Assembly (NCBI GenBank): GCA_027064095.1
Contig: JAMOQI010000082.1
Location: forward strand, 3,779-67,778
Reading direction: 5' to 3'
Length of the DNA stretch: 64,000 bases
Source of the DNA: Bacteroidales bacterium
Lineage (GTDB): Bacteria; Bacteroidota; Bacteroidia; Bacteroidales; UBA1556
Positions 19,848-29,511 of the stretch are shown here, piece after piece. The notes below the pieces were generated by a model. That model had not been told where the DNA came from. It made no database searches and worked only from the letters and a program-made list of their open reading frames with translations. The position numbers and the translations under genes were made by a program. Every line of letters starts with the position of its first letter. The stretch's first letter is position 1.

Positions 19848-21941
19848 TTATCTAATTATTGTTAGTGTTCCTTTTTCGGTTGATTCCCTAAAATAGGTTT
19901 TATAATCAAGATGCCAAAAGTAAACTCCATCGGCAGCACCATCACCATCCCAATCATTTTTATAATTCTTTGAGCTATAAATTAAAGTACCCCATCTATT
20001 GTATATTCTTAAGTATGAAGATTCTAATTTATCAATATTTTTAATTTCAAATTTGTCGTTAGCACCATCGCCATTAGGTGTAATAACGTTTGGAACTTCA
20101 ATTTCATCTACAATTACATTTGCATAATATAGTACGGAATCAATACATCCTTTATCACTGGTGACAATTAGCCATACAGGATACTCGCCATCTTCTGTAT
20201 AGGTATGATTAGGATTCTCAGTAGTAGAACTAGTGCCGTCACCAAATTTCCAAAGCCAGGAATTTCCTCCTTGGGAAGTGTTTATAAAATCTATGCTAGG
20301 CATTTCAATTGTTGTAACAGATGGGCTAAGGTAGAAATTTGCATCAGGAAGAGGCCAAGAGTTGATTAGGTTAGTAACAGTAAGCTCTCCTTGGCATCCA
20401 CTGGCAGCAGTAGCTATTAAAGTAACATCATATTTTCCTGCGCTATATGTATGAGCCGGATTTTGTGTTTTTGAAGTGTCTCCATCCCCAAAATGCCATT
20501 CCCAATCAACAATATTAGGAGAAGACATATCTGTAAAGACTACATCTAACGGCTCACAACCTTGGAAAATATCTGGGATAAAACTTGTAAGCACTTTTGG
20601 ATTTACTTCTACATTTATTGTGTCGTAAACTGTTGGACATCCTGAGCTATCACTTATGCCAATTATATATTGTGTTGTCTGTGGTGGCATTGCCCAGCTA
20701 CTTGCAGTTCCCGAATTTGTTACACTGGATGAAGGAGTCCAAGTATAAGTATACGAATTGGGCCATCCGAATGTTGGATAGACATTTAATAATAAACTGT
20801 CACTACATACCATAGTGTCATTCTGATGTTTTGTAAATTCTATTGGCGTATAGTCTATTATGGGAATAGTTACAGTATCCATTGTACAAGGCGAGGTCTG
20901 AAAAATTATATTCCAATTTTCCTGTCCTTCTGTATTATAATCAACATAAGGAGCTAGAATTAAAGATGCTTGCTGTTGTCCCGCTGGTACGACTATACTG
21001 TCAGGAATCTGTGCGAAATCTACACCATTAGTTGCTGTTCCCCACATAGTATCAATGTAAACAGTATATGGATAAGCTAATATTTTGGGAAGTTGTACTT
21101 TTATTTCTGCATTATTACAGCCTTCAATACATTTTTGAATTGCTCCCGGTATTGTAAAATTAGTTGAAACTTGAACAGCATTAGTACTAAAACTTCCTGA
21201 TTCTAAGAAAACTCCAGAATCGTAAATTCCATCAGCGGCATCACCTATAGCAGCTTTAAAATGATATGTCATACATGGTGTTACTACGGTCCATGCTTCA
21301 AGAACGACTGTAAAAGCATCATATTGGATAGTATAACCATTGCTATTATCAATATAATAAGAAGAGTTATTAGTAGCATTTACATTATTAATAGATACTG
21401 GTGTTGTTGAATTTGGCAAAGTTGCCATATTAAGATTATTATAAGTTCCTCCATTAGGATTTGGTCCGGATATAAAAAAACCGAAAACATCATTATAACT
21501 ACTATTAGCAAATTCAGGATATTCATCAGAGCCAAAAACATATCTGAATTTTACTGTATCGGCTATAGGAATAAAATCAAACTCTAAAACTGCAGCATCA
21601 TTTATAGTGGCAGATACTAAATTTGCCAGTTGAGGATCACTACTACCACTATTGTTAAATCCAGCATTAGTAAGATTGTTTGGCCCAATTGCTATGCTAG
21701 CTTTTCCTGTGGTCATTAATACTCCGGAGAGTAAGCCGATATTCGTTGTGCCTCCATTGGCAAACTTTCCTATAGCTTGTAAATCGCCGGTATATGTAAT
21801 ATTAGAAACTGTTACTCCATAGCCAATCAATTCTTGAACTACTAGTTGAGCTGGAGTTAGATTTTGAGTAACCTGCAGTTGACCATAGCCTAAAACTGAA
21901 AGTAGAATCGTGGAAAATATTATGTTTATTCTTTTTATCAT
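19848..21941 (-). CDS. large secreted protein: N-terminal choice-of-anchor-L-like domain, two PKD-like repeats, T9SS type B (gliding-associated) C-terminal domain
   Basis: Signal peptide present. Two FGDG(D/T)(T/S)S..NP.HTY PKD motifs. The C-terminus VPNVITPNGDGANDKFEI...IYNRWGTLIY...WDG matches the type B sorting domain. Confidence 0.8.
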   Translation of the reverse strand: MIKRINIIFSTILLSVLGYGQLQVTQNLTPAQLVVQELIGYGVTVSNITYTGDLQAIGKFANGGTTNIGLLSGVLMTTGKASIAIGPNNLTNAGFNNSGSSDPQLANLVSATINDAAVLEFDFIPIADTVKFRYVFGSDEYPEFANSSYNDVFGFFISGPNPNGGTYNNLNMATLPNSTTPVSINNVNATNNSSYYIDNSNGYTIQYDAFTVVLEAWTVVTPCMTYHFKAAIGDAADGIYDSGVFLESGSFSTNAVQVSTNFTIPGAIQKCIEGCNNAEIKVQLPKILAYPYTVYIDTMWGTATNGVDFAQIPDSIVVPAGQQQASLILAPYVDYNTEGQENWNIIFQTSPCTMDTVTIPIIDYTPIEFTKHQNDTMVCSDSLLLNVYPTFGWPNSYTYTWTPSSSVTNSGTASSWAMPPQTTQYIIGISDSSGCPTVYDTINVEVNPKVLTSFIPDIFQGCEPLDVVFTDMSSPNIVDWEWHFGDGDTSKTQNPAHTYSAGKYDVTLIATAASGCQGELTVTNLINSWPLPDANFYLSPSVTTIEMPSIDFINTSQGGNSWLWKFGDGTSSTTENPNHTYTEDGEYPVWLIVTSDKGCIDSVLYYANVIVDEIEVPNVITPNGDGANDKFEIKNIDKLESSYLRIYNRWGTLIYSSKNYKNDWDGDGAADGVYFWHLDYKTYFRESTEKGTLTIIR

Positions 21942-21961
21942 AAATAAAAGTGTTAATAAAT

Positions 21962-22390
21962 TTATAATCTAACAACATTAAGGTTGACAAATTTAAATTC
22001 TACTTTTGGATGTAAATTAGCTTTTTCAGAGCTTTTAAAAATTTTAAAGGCTGGGCTATTATCACTACAATTATATTCTAGTGTTTCACCGGCTTTTATA
22101 TCTAGACTTTGTTCATATTCATTAGGTGAAGGTAAATCGCATGACCGGCAAATATCATTGTTCCATAAATTTAGTTTCCATGATATTCTAACATTATAAT
22201 CGTTGGTGTTAACATACTTGAAAACAATATATTCATTTTTAGAAGTATTGTATTCAGTACTACAATGGGCATTTTTAGTATATATTACAACTCCATCTAT
22301 AGATTTATACTCTTTCCATTCGTTGTTAGTAGTAAATGAAAATGATATGCTTGAAAGAATAATTAAGGTAAGAAAAATTGATTTTTTCAT
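21962..22390 (-). CDS. hypothetical secreted protein
   Basis: Signal peptide MKKSIFLTLIILSSISFSF. Lies 20 nt upstream of the T9SS cargo gene and is probably co-transcribed with it. Confidence 0.5.
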   Translation of the reverse strand: MKKSIFLTLIILSSISFSFTTNNEWKEYKSIDGVVIYTKNAHCSTEYNTSKNEYIVFKYVNTNDYNVRISWKLNLWNNDICRSCDLPSPNEYEQSLDIKAGETLEYNCSDNSPAFKIFKSSEKANLHPKVEFKFVNLNVVRL

Positions 22391-22406
22391 GATATAGAAA
22401 TTATAA

Positions 22407-22442
22407 TTATTGATAAATTACAGATTATTGATAAATTACAGA
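22407..22442. repeat. perfect 18-bp direct tandem repeat (ttattgataaattacaga x2) in a divergent promoter region
   Basis: Copy 1 is 22407-22424 and copy 2 is 22425-22442, with identical sequence. The repeat sits 17-52 nt upstream of the minus-strand ATG at 22390. Confidence 0.9.
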
Positions 22443-22528
22443 CAAATTTATATTAAAAAGGTTGAAAGTCGTATAGATTTATTTTTTTAAATAATGCTTG
22501 AATATATAATTATATAGATTAATATTTG

Positions 22529-22536
22529 TACTTTTG
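22529..22536 (+). promoter_or_regulatory. candidate -7 box TACTTTTG for the TerB/histidine kinase pair
   Basis: TAnnTTTG match ending 32 nt upstream of ATG 22569. Confidence 0.3.
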
Positions 22537-22568
22537 CTTAAGATTTAACTTCTTATTATTGTGATGAT

Positions 22569-22874
22569 ATGGAATTTACTTATATAGAAAAAAAAGCTAT
22601 ATATTGTTTACTCGTTAAACTTATGAAAGCCGATGGTCATACAGATTTAAGAGAGGCAGCTGCACTTTTTCAAATTAGTAAGCTTATTGATATCACTGTT
22701 AATGAGGCTGATAGTTCTCTAAATATGACTTTAGATAAAGCTAAGGATGTAATTTCTAATTTAAATAATGATAAAAAGATTTATATTTCTGGTTTGTTTA
22801 ATGAAATGATTGCCTCTGATGGTGAAATTGATAAAAGTGAATTGTCAATTATTGAAGATTTGTTTTTGGATTAG
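22569..22874 (+). CDS. TerB-family small protein
   Basis: Two MKADG / IASDGEIDKSEL type TerB half-motifs in 101 aa. The stop lies 2 nt before the kinase ATG. Confidence 0.65.
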   Translation: MEFTYIEKKAIYCLLVKLMKADGHTDLREAAALFQISKLIDITVNEADSSLNMTLDKAKDVISNLNNDKKIYISGLFNEMIASDGEIDKSELSIIEDLFLD

Positions 22875-22876
22875 AT

Positions 22877-24979
22877 ATGAATTATAAAACTATTATTGGT
22901 TTTTTATTTTTAATATTTTTTTGTTTTAACATAGATGTTAAATCACAGAATTCTATTGTAAAGTCGATAGTAGATGAGTATGATATTGATACTACAACAG
23001 ATTCTATTGCTTTTCATCAATTATATAACAAGGGTTGGGACTTATTAGATAGAGATGTAAATAAGTTTCCGGATATACGTGCTTCACTTATTTATTATTT
23101 AGAAAATTTAGATGATAGTTATAACGCTCCTCTTTATTATAATGACTATAATAACTTAGTTGCTAAATATCATTATATGTCTAGAAACTATGACTCATCA
23201 ATATATTATTATGAGACTTCTATTTCTACATTATTACAAGATTCTATATATCTTAAATTCTCTCTTAATAACTACCTAATTATAGCTACTTTGTACAATA
23301 ATTTAGCTTTGATTTATGATGAAATAGGTTTATATAAGAATGCAATTGATTTGGAACTTAAAAGTATTAGTGAAACAGACAAAGTTCGCAATATTGATAC
23401 TACAAATCAATATGTTAATAGATTTTATGCAACTGATTATATTGATTTAGGAATAATATATTCTGATATTAATGATACGATTAGAGCTAAAGAGTGTTTT
23501 AGTAAGGGTATTAAATTATGCTATAAATATGGAGATAAAGCAATTATTTCCTATGGAGAACTTAATTATGGGGTCTTTTTACTTAGTATTAATAAGTTGC
23601 AATTGGCTGAAAACTTTCTTTTAAAAAATGAAGATTATTTTGAAAGTATTGATAATAATTTTGATTTATTATTAGTAAGATTAAATATTGCCGAACTGGA
23701 ATATAAAAAGAAAAATTATCCTGAGTTTATTGAACTGAACACTAATATAATATCTTTAGCAGATTCAAATGGATTTGATCAGATTAAATTAGATGCTATA
23801 GCGCAGATGCTGATTTATTATGAAAGCATAGATAGCTTTAATTTGGCTATTAATTATGGAATGAGATACATAAAAGAAAATGTGGGGGGAAATGATTTTG
23901 ATAATAGTAGAATACTTGAATCGATATCTGATTTATACTTTAAAATTAATAATTTAGATAGTGCTTACAAATATCTTTTACAGTCGAAAATATTAAGTGA
24001 TTCAATAACAAATTCAGATAAAATATTTGTTTCCAGTATGCTTAATATGAGATATAATTTAAATAAAATAAGTGAAAGAAATAAAGCCTTACTAATTCAA
24101 AATAATTCTTTAGATTATTCAATAAATAAGCAAAGGAATATAATATTTATGATTTTATTTCTTTTACTTGGTGTTGGATTTATTTTGTTTATTATATATA
24201 GAAGTAATCAAAGAAAAACGAAGCATAATGCTGAATTAGAAGATGTTAACAAGCTTCTGATTGATAAATCTAATGATTTAAAGGAGTCTAAAGATGTTCT
24301 TGAAAAGATTTTTACTGTTATTAGTCATGATTTAAAAGGGCCTATAGGAACGGCAAATTCATTTTTTGAATTATTGCTTGATAAATCTGATGAAATTGAA
24401 TCTTCTCAAAGAGAAAAGTATCTTGAAATAATTGGGAATTCATTAAATTCAACACATTTACTGCTTGAAGATATTCTTAATTGGTCGAGAAATAGAATGG
24501 GTAAAAAAATTAGTATTTCGGATGTTTATGTAAAACAACTGGTTGATGATTTAATTCATACTATTGATGCAATTACATATACTAAAGAAATTGCAATTTC
24601 AAATAGTATAAGTGAAATGTATCATGTCTCTACTGATGAAAACTACCTAAAAATAATTATTAGAAATATTATTTCTAATGCCATAAAGTTTACTAGCCAT
24701 GGAGGTGATATTTCTATTTCATGTACAAAAAATGATGATGTTTATTCTATTGTTATAAAGGACAATGGAGTAGGAATGTCTTCTGAATTAGTATCGAATA
24801 TTTTATCAGGGAAGTATTATAATTCTTCTGAAGGTACTGTTGCTGAAAAAGGAACCGGCCTCGGGCTTATAATATGTTTTGAGTTGGCTAATAGTATAGG
24901 CGCTAAGATAAATATTGAAAGTGAACTAAATGTGGGAACAACCTTTATTATTGATATGCCAGGTTGTAAAGAGAACTGA
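22877..24979 (+). CDS. TPR-repeat sensor histidine kinase (no adjacent response regulator)
   Basis: Signal/TM segment, about 400 aa of TPR-like repeats, a second TM (IIFMILFLLLGVGFILFIIY), H-box ISHDLKGPIG, N-box NAIKFT, G-boxes DNGVGM and GTGLGL. Confidence 0.85.
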   Translation: MNYKTIIGFLFLIFFCFNIDVKSQNSIVKSIVDEYDIDTTTDSIAFHQLYNKGWDLLDRDVNKFPDIRASLIYYLENLDDSYNAPLYYNDYNNLVAKYHYMSRNYDSSIYYYETSISTLLQDSIYLKFSLNNYLIIATLYNNLALIYDEIGLYKNAIDLELKSISETDKVRNIDTTNQYVNRFYATDYIDLGIIYSDINDTIRAKECFSKGIKLCYKYGDKAIISYGELNYGVFLLSINKLQLAENFLLKNEDYFESIDNNFDLLLVRLNIAELEYKKKNYPEFIELNTNIISLADSNGFDQIKLDAIAQMLIYYESIDSFNLAINYGMRYIKENVGGNDFDNSRILESISDLYFKINNLDSAYKYLLQSKILSDSITNSDKIFVSSMLNMRYNLNKISERNKALLIQNNSLDYSINKQRNIIFMILFLLLGVGFILFIIYRSNQRKTKHNAELEDVNKLLIDKSNDLKESKDVLEKIFTVISHDLKGPIGTANSFFELLLDKSDEIESSQREKYLEIIGNSLNSTHLLLEDILNWSRNRMGKKISISDVYVKQLVDDLIHTIDAITYTKEIAISNSISEMYHVSTDENYLKIIIRNIISNAIKFTSHGGDISISCTKNDDVYSIVIKDNGVGMSSELVSNILSGKYYNSSEGTVAEKGTGLGLIICFELANSIGAKINIESELNVGTTFIIDMPGCKEN

Positions 24980-24981
24980 TT

Positions 24982-25821
24982 TTATCCCCAATTCATTAAC
25001 ATTACAGCAATACCTGCTATAAATAATCCAATCATTTGTAATTTTGAGTAAGTTTCTTTGAAAAATGTGATTCCTATAAATGTGGAAATAGTAATAAAAC
25101 TAATATTATAAATTGGGAAAAATAAAGCAGAAGTAAATATTTCCAAGGATTTTAAAAAATAGAATGTAGATGCGAAATTGGCTATCCCTAAAAGTATGCC
25201 AAATATCCAATCTTTTGTCTTTGATGGTTTCTCTTTTTTAATAATAATTGAATAAAAAAATGAAGAAATAAATGCTATTCCAAAAATTATTCCTAAGAAA
25301 AACATTGAATTGGCAACAACGCCATTGCGTTGAGCTTCACGCAGAATACTATTATTGAAACCGCTTATAACAAAAATGATAAAAGGATAAATAATTATCG
25401 AACGGCTGAACTTTTGCTTTGTTTTAGGTTTAAAAATTAGAAAAACAGCAGGAATAGATGCAATAACACCAGCTAAATGAATCCCTATAATTTTTTCGTG
25501 ATAGAATATTGCAGCCACTAAAATAGGGATAATTACAGAGATGTTTGAGGCTACAGATGTTAATGATATTCCTGATTTTTGTGTCGATAGTGATAAAAAG
25601 ATAAATCCGACAAAAAAACTAATACCTAATAATAACGCAAATAAAGAATTTTGGTTTATTAAAATAGATTTGCTAGTGTCTGAAAAACTAAAACATAATA
25701 TTGTTGAAGTTAAATAGCTTACTACTATAGCTATATTGGTATTTACTTTGAATGTTACATAAAGCCTAAACAATAGTAATATTCCTATTGAAAAGAATAG
25801 AGCTAAGGTAAAATATAACAC
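24982..25821 (-). CDS. polytopic membrane protein (possibly a DMT/EamA-like transporter)
   Basis: GTG start and roughly ten hydrophobic helices across 279 aa. The family call is tentative. Confidence 0.5.
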   Translation of the reverse strand: MLYFTLALFFSIGILLLFRLYVTFKVNTNIAIVVSYLTSTILCFSFSDTSKSILINQNSLFALLLGISFFVGFIFLSLSTQKSGISLTSVASNISVIIPILVAAIFYHEKIIGIHLAGVIASIPAVFLIFKPKTKQKFSRSIIIYPFIIFVISGFNNSILREAQRNGVVANSMFFLGIIFGIAFISSFFYSIIIKKEKPSKTKDWIFGILLGIANFASTFYFLKSLEIFTSALFFPIYNISFITISTFIGITFFKETYSKLQMIGLFIAGIAVMLMNWG

Positions 25822-25824
25822 AGA

Positions 25825-26346
25825 CTATTGTTTTTTATAAAATTCATTTTGACTAGCAACCAAGCTTTCTTCATAGATGTTTATCAAAGTAAGTAATAGG
25901 AAGAAAATCTGATTATCTAGTTCTAAACTAATATCATCGTAGGCATCTTCTTCACTTTCAAATAAATCTAATGTGATAAAGTCTATTAATGTTCTTTGTG
26001 GATGCTTCGACAAATATGCTTCCATTTTATCGTCGAAATCTACATTATTTGAGCTTAATTCATCAAAAAATGTATTATTCTCTTCCTCTATTCTCTCAAT
26101 TGTTTCCATTGTTATTTTTGGAAAGAATCGAAATCTATTAGTATAGGAGCGGTGTATCAAAAGGAAGAAGTAAATATATTTGTCGAAATATTCTTCAGCA
26201 TCTTCAAAAATATCACCCATAGTTTGAACATAAACAATAATATGTTCTTGCATTTGCTCAACTTCATCCAGGTATTTCTTTAAACTGCTTTCTGTTAGTT
26301 TTTGCAAATATTCATCAGCTCTTTGAATAATATCTTCTTTAATCAT
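25825..26346 (-). CDS. hypothetical acidic cytosolic protein
   Basis: 173-aa ORF between the ACS-like gene and the membrane protein gene. No motif recognised. Confidence 0.45.
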   Translation of the reverse strand: MIKEDIIQRADEYLQKLTESSLKKYLDEVEQMQEHIIVYVQTMGDIFEDAEEYFDKYIYFFLLIHRSYTNRFRFFPKITMETIERIEEENNTFFDELSSNNVDFDDKMEAYLSKHPQRTLIDFITLDLFESEEDAYDDISLELDNQIFFLLLTLINIYEESLVASQNEFYKKQ

Positions 26347-26352
26347 AGGTTT

Positions 26353-28410
26353 TTATTTTGCAATTCTTATTCTAGCATCAACGGCAATAACTTTATCTTT
26401 ATTTCCTAAAAGAGGATTTAAGTCCATTTCAATAATTTCCGGAGCATGATATACTAATGTAGAAAGTCGAATAATAACTTTGGCAAACTCATCTTCGTTA
26501 ATCCCTTTTTGGCCTCTAACGCCTTTAATTATTTTATAACTTTTAAGTGACCTAATCATATTGTAGGCCTCATTGGGTTCAATAGGGGCAATTGCTACAG
26601 AAATATCTTTTAACACTTCAATAAATATTCCACCCATACCACAAAGGACCATATGTCCAAAATTATCCTCAAGTTTTGCGCCTACAAATAACTCTGTACC
26701 ACTTAGCATAGGTTGCAAAAGAATCGAAGTAGTATCTTCAATTTTTATCATTCTCTCAAATTCATCTGTAAGTTGTTCTTTATTTTCTACATTAAGTACA
26801 ACACCGCCGACATCTGATTTATGAATAGGACCAACTACTTTCATGACAAGTGGGTAGCCTAACTTTTTGGCTTCAATTATGGCATCTTCTACAGTATTTA
26901 CTACAGCTTCACCTGCACGGGGAATATCCACGGCATCTAATAAAGCCTGTATTTCATTTGGTTTAAGATATCCTTCTTGAGCATAATCGATGATTGAGCG
27001 TATCCTTGCAATATCGACATTAGGAATTTCTGCTTTTTCGGGAGCAGGAAATGGTGTAAAAAATGAATTGCACAATGCTTTGCCTAAATTTACTTCATCA
27101 GGGAAGTTTATTCTTCCTTTTGCAAGAAAACTATTAACCTCATCTTTAGCTGTTAGGGTAGAAGGTAGTACTGGAAAAATAGGTTTACTACATGACTTCA
27201 TCTTTTCGTCTAACAGCTCATATACATCAAATATTCTGGTTAGGCCGGGTGTCCCAAAAATGACGACCATCCCGTCTATATCCGGCATTTTATTATCAAC
27301 ATAATCGATAATGGTACCTAATTGTTCTGCTGTACCGGTAGCTAAAAAGTCAATAGGGTTGCTAACGGAAGAGCCTGGATATAGGTGAGTTAATAAATCA
27401 TTAGCAATTTCACCTTCTATTCTAGGGACTTTTAATCCTCCATTGCTAAGAGCATCAGTTAGCATCACAGCTGGTCCGCCGGCATGGGTGATAATAGCAA
27501 TATTTTTACCATTCAAACGAGGATGCATAAATACAGCAGCTACATTCATAAGTTCTTCTCTGCCATGGCATCGTACAATTCCTGCTTTTTTAAAGAGTGA
27601 ATTCACTGCTAAGTCACTATTGGCTAAAGCTCCAGTATGTGAAGATGCAGCTCTGCTACCAGCTTCAGAAGAACCAGCTTTTATTGCAGCAATTCTACAA
27701 CCTTTTCTTATTAATGAAGATGCGTGTTTTAATAGTTTTTTAGGATTCGCGATGGTTTCTATATATAAAATTTTAACTTTAGAACTTACTTTTTCGTCAA
27801 AATTATTATCTAAGTATTCTAGTATTTCTTCAACACCTATCTGTGCTGAATTGCCAACGGTATAAACTGATGAAAAACTTAGTCCTTTTGGGATTCCTGA
27901 TTCTAAAATAAAACATGCTGTGGCTCCTGAACCACTTATAAAATCTATTCCTTTAGGATCTAATTTAGGAATAGGTTCAGTAAAAATACTATGATGATTA
28001 GAATTAAGTACACCGGTACAGTTTGGGCCTATCAAAGCACCGTCAACGGCATTAATCTTTGCAACGATATCATTTTCTAAAAGTTTTCCTTCATGATTTT
28101 CTTCGCTAAAGCCGGCAGAAATAATAATAAATGCTTTTGTGTTTTTCTTCTTGGTAAGTATATCAATTACATCAGGAGTGTATTTTGCTGCAATTGCAAT
28201 AATTGCTAAGTCAACATTGGGTAGTTCTTCCGCACTATTGTAGCTTTTTATTCCTTGTACGACTGATTCTTTAAGGTTCATTACATATAAATTGCCTTTA
28301 AAATTACCATCAATTAGGTTTTTTAATATCTTGCCGCCTGGTTTGTTAATATTATTAGAACCGCCAATTACGACGATACTTTTAGGATTGATAAGTTGCT
28401 CGTTAATCAT
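26353..28410 (-). CDS. ADP-forming acetyl-CoA synthetase family protein (CoA-binding + succinyl-CoA-ligase-like + ATP-grasp domains)
   Basis: N-terminal PKSIVVIGGSNN CoA-binding fold, phosphohistidine-loop-like SSHTGALA, C-terminal ATP-grasp (GYPLVMKVVGPIHKSDVGGV). The ATG at 28410 is preferred over the listed TTG at 28479. Confidence 0.85.
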   Translation of the reverse strand: MINEQLINPKSIVVIGGSNNINKPGGKILKNLIDGNFKGNLYVMNLKESVVQGIKSYNSAEELPNVDLAIIAIAAKYTPDVIDILTKKKNTKAFIIISAGFSEENHEGKLLENDIVAKINAVDGALIGPNCTGVLNSNHHSIFTEPIPKLDPKGIDFISGSGATACFILESGIPKGLSFSSVYTVGNSAQIGVEEILEYLDNNFDEKVSSKVKILYIETIANPKKLLKHASSLIRKGCRIAAIKAGSSEAGSRAASSHTGALANSDLAVNSLFKKAGIVRCHGREELMNVAAVFMHPRLNGKNIAIITHAGGPAVMLTDALSNGGLKVPRIEGEIANDLLTHLYPGSSVSNPIDFLATGTAEQLGTIIDYVDNKMPDIDGMVVIFGTPGLTRIFDVYELLDEKMKSCSKPIFPVLPSTLTAKDEVNSFLAKGRINFPDEVNLGKALCNSFFTPFPAPEKAEIPNVDIARIRSIIDYAQEGYLKPNEIQALLDAVDIPRAGEAVVNTVEDAIIEAKKLGYPLVMKVVGPIHKSDVGGVVLNVENKEQLTDEFERMIKIEDTTSILLQPMLSGTELFVGAKLEDNFGHMVLCGMGGIFIEVLKDISVAIAPIEPNEAYNMIRSLKSYKIIKGVRGQKGINEDEFAKVIIRLSTLVYHAPEIIEMDLNPLLGNKDKVIAVDARIRIAK

Positions 28411-28868
28411 TTTGAGTGTGTTTAGTTTTATAAGGTTCTGTATTCCAGTTATTAATGTTGATTTATGAACGATGCACAAATTTACTATTAATTTTTAAGA
28501 CTTCATATTTTAGTTTTTCAAAAAATACTTTTAATTAATTGATATTAATCTTCATTATTCAAGAAAAAATAATGTCAGCCTCAATTATCCGCCGTAATGA
28601 ATTATATATTTATTAATCAGTTATTCAGTAAGTTGACAAGAGTACTTTTTATTCTTACGATGTACTAATCTGGAATACTATTGGCTTTCTATGAGACAAA
28701 TTTCGAGTTCAGGTAAAGTTAGGATGTGTTGGTAGGTTTTGATGCCATGTATCTATACAAGTCCAAAACCATGAATAATCAGGATTAGTGTTTTATGTTT
28801 ACTAAAAAAATAGAATATACATTATAGTTTACTTAAATATTTAATTTAAGGCTAATGCAATTTCTATT

Positions 28869-28876
28869 TACCTTTG
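28869..28876 (+). promoter_or_regulatory. candidate -7 box TACCTTTG for the DUF502 gene
   Basis: TAnnTTTG match ending 21 nt upstream of ATG 28898. Confidence 0.3.
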
Positions 28877-28897
28877 CATCTGTATTTAATATTCTAT

Positions 28898-29503
28898 ATG
28901 AAACAAAAGTTAGGTATATATTGGTCACGTTTTATACGTAATTTTGGACAAGGTTTACTTTTAATTGTCCCATTAGCGACTACATTATTTGTACTTTATT
29001 ACATTTTTGAGTGGCTAGATACTCTTATACCGATAGAAATTCCGGGATTAGGAGTTTTGATTATTATAGTAGGTGTAAGCATAGTTGGAGTACTAGCTTC
29101 GTATATTGTGAAGACTCCTTTATTCAATTGGTTTAACAAATTTATAGCAAGGACACCTATAGTTAAGATTATTTACAGTTCTGTTAAGGATCTTTTATCG
29201 GCTTTTGTAGGTAATAAAAAGAAATTTACCAAGCCTGTACTAGTAAAGATTTCTGATGAGACTAGTCAGATTGGATTTTTGACACAGAATAGCCTAACGG
29301 ATTTAGGTATTAAGGAAGGTTTGATAAGTGTTTATATTCCATTCTCGTTTAGTATAATGGGTAATCTATATATTGTTCCAAGGGAAAATATTACGATACT
29401 AGATTCGTCTCCTACAGAAACAATGAAATTTGTTATTTCAGGAGGCGTTACAGACGTTAATGAACAACGAAAAGAAAAAGAAATAGAGGAAACAAACAAG
29501 TAA
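28898..29503 (+). CDS. DUF502-like membrane protein
   Basis: Two N-terminal TM helices followed by a VKDLLSAF-type region. Family assignment is from memory. Confidence 0.6.
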   Translation: MKQKLGIYWSRFIRNFGQGLLLIVPLATTLFVLYYIFEWLDTLIPIEIPGLGVLIIIVGVSIVGVLASYIVKTPLFNWFNKFIARTPIVKIIYSSVKDLLSAFVGNKKKFTKPVLVKISDETSQIGFLTQNSLTDLGIKEGLISVYIPFSFSIMGNLYIVPRENITILDSSPTETMKFVISGGVTDVNEQRKEKEIEETNK

Positions 29504-29511
29504 AATTATAT

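Noticed and set aside
26573-27865. Three plus-strand ORFs (26573..26824, 26990..27304, 27443..27865) from the ORF track
   Set aside because: They lie entirely antisense within the well-supported ADP-forming acetyl-CoA synthetase gene. Their composition is low-complexity and Ser/Ile/Leu-rich, typical of shadow frames in AT-rich DNA, and no motifs are present.
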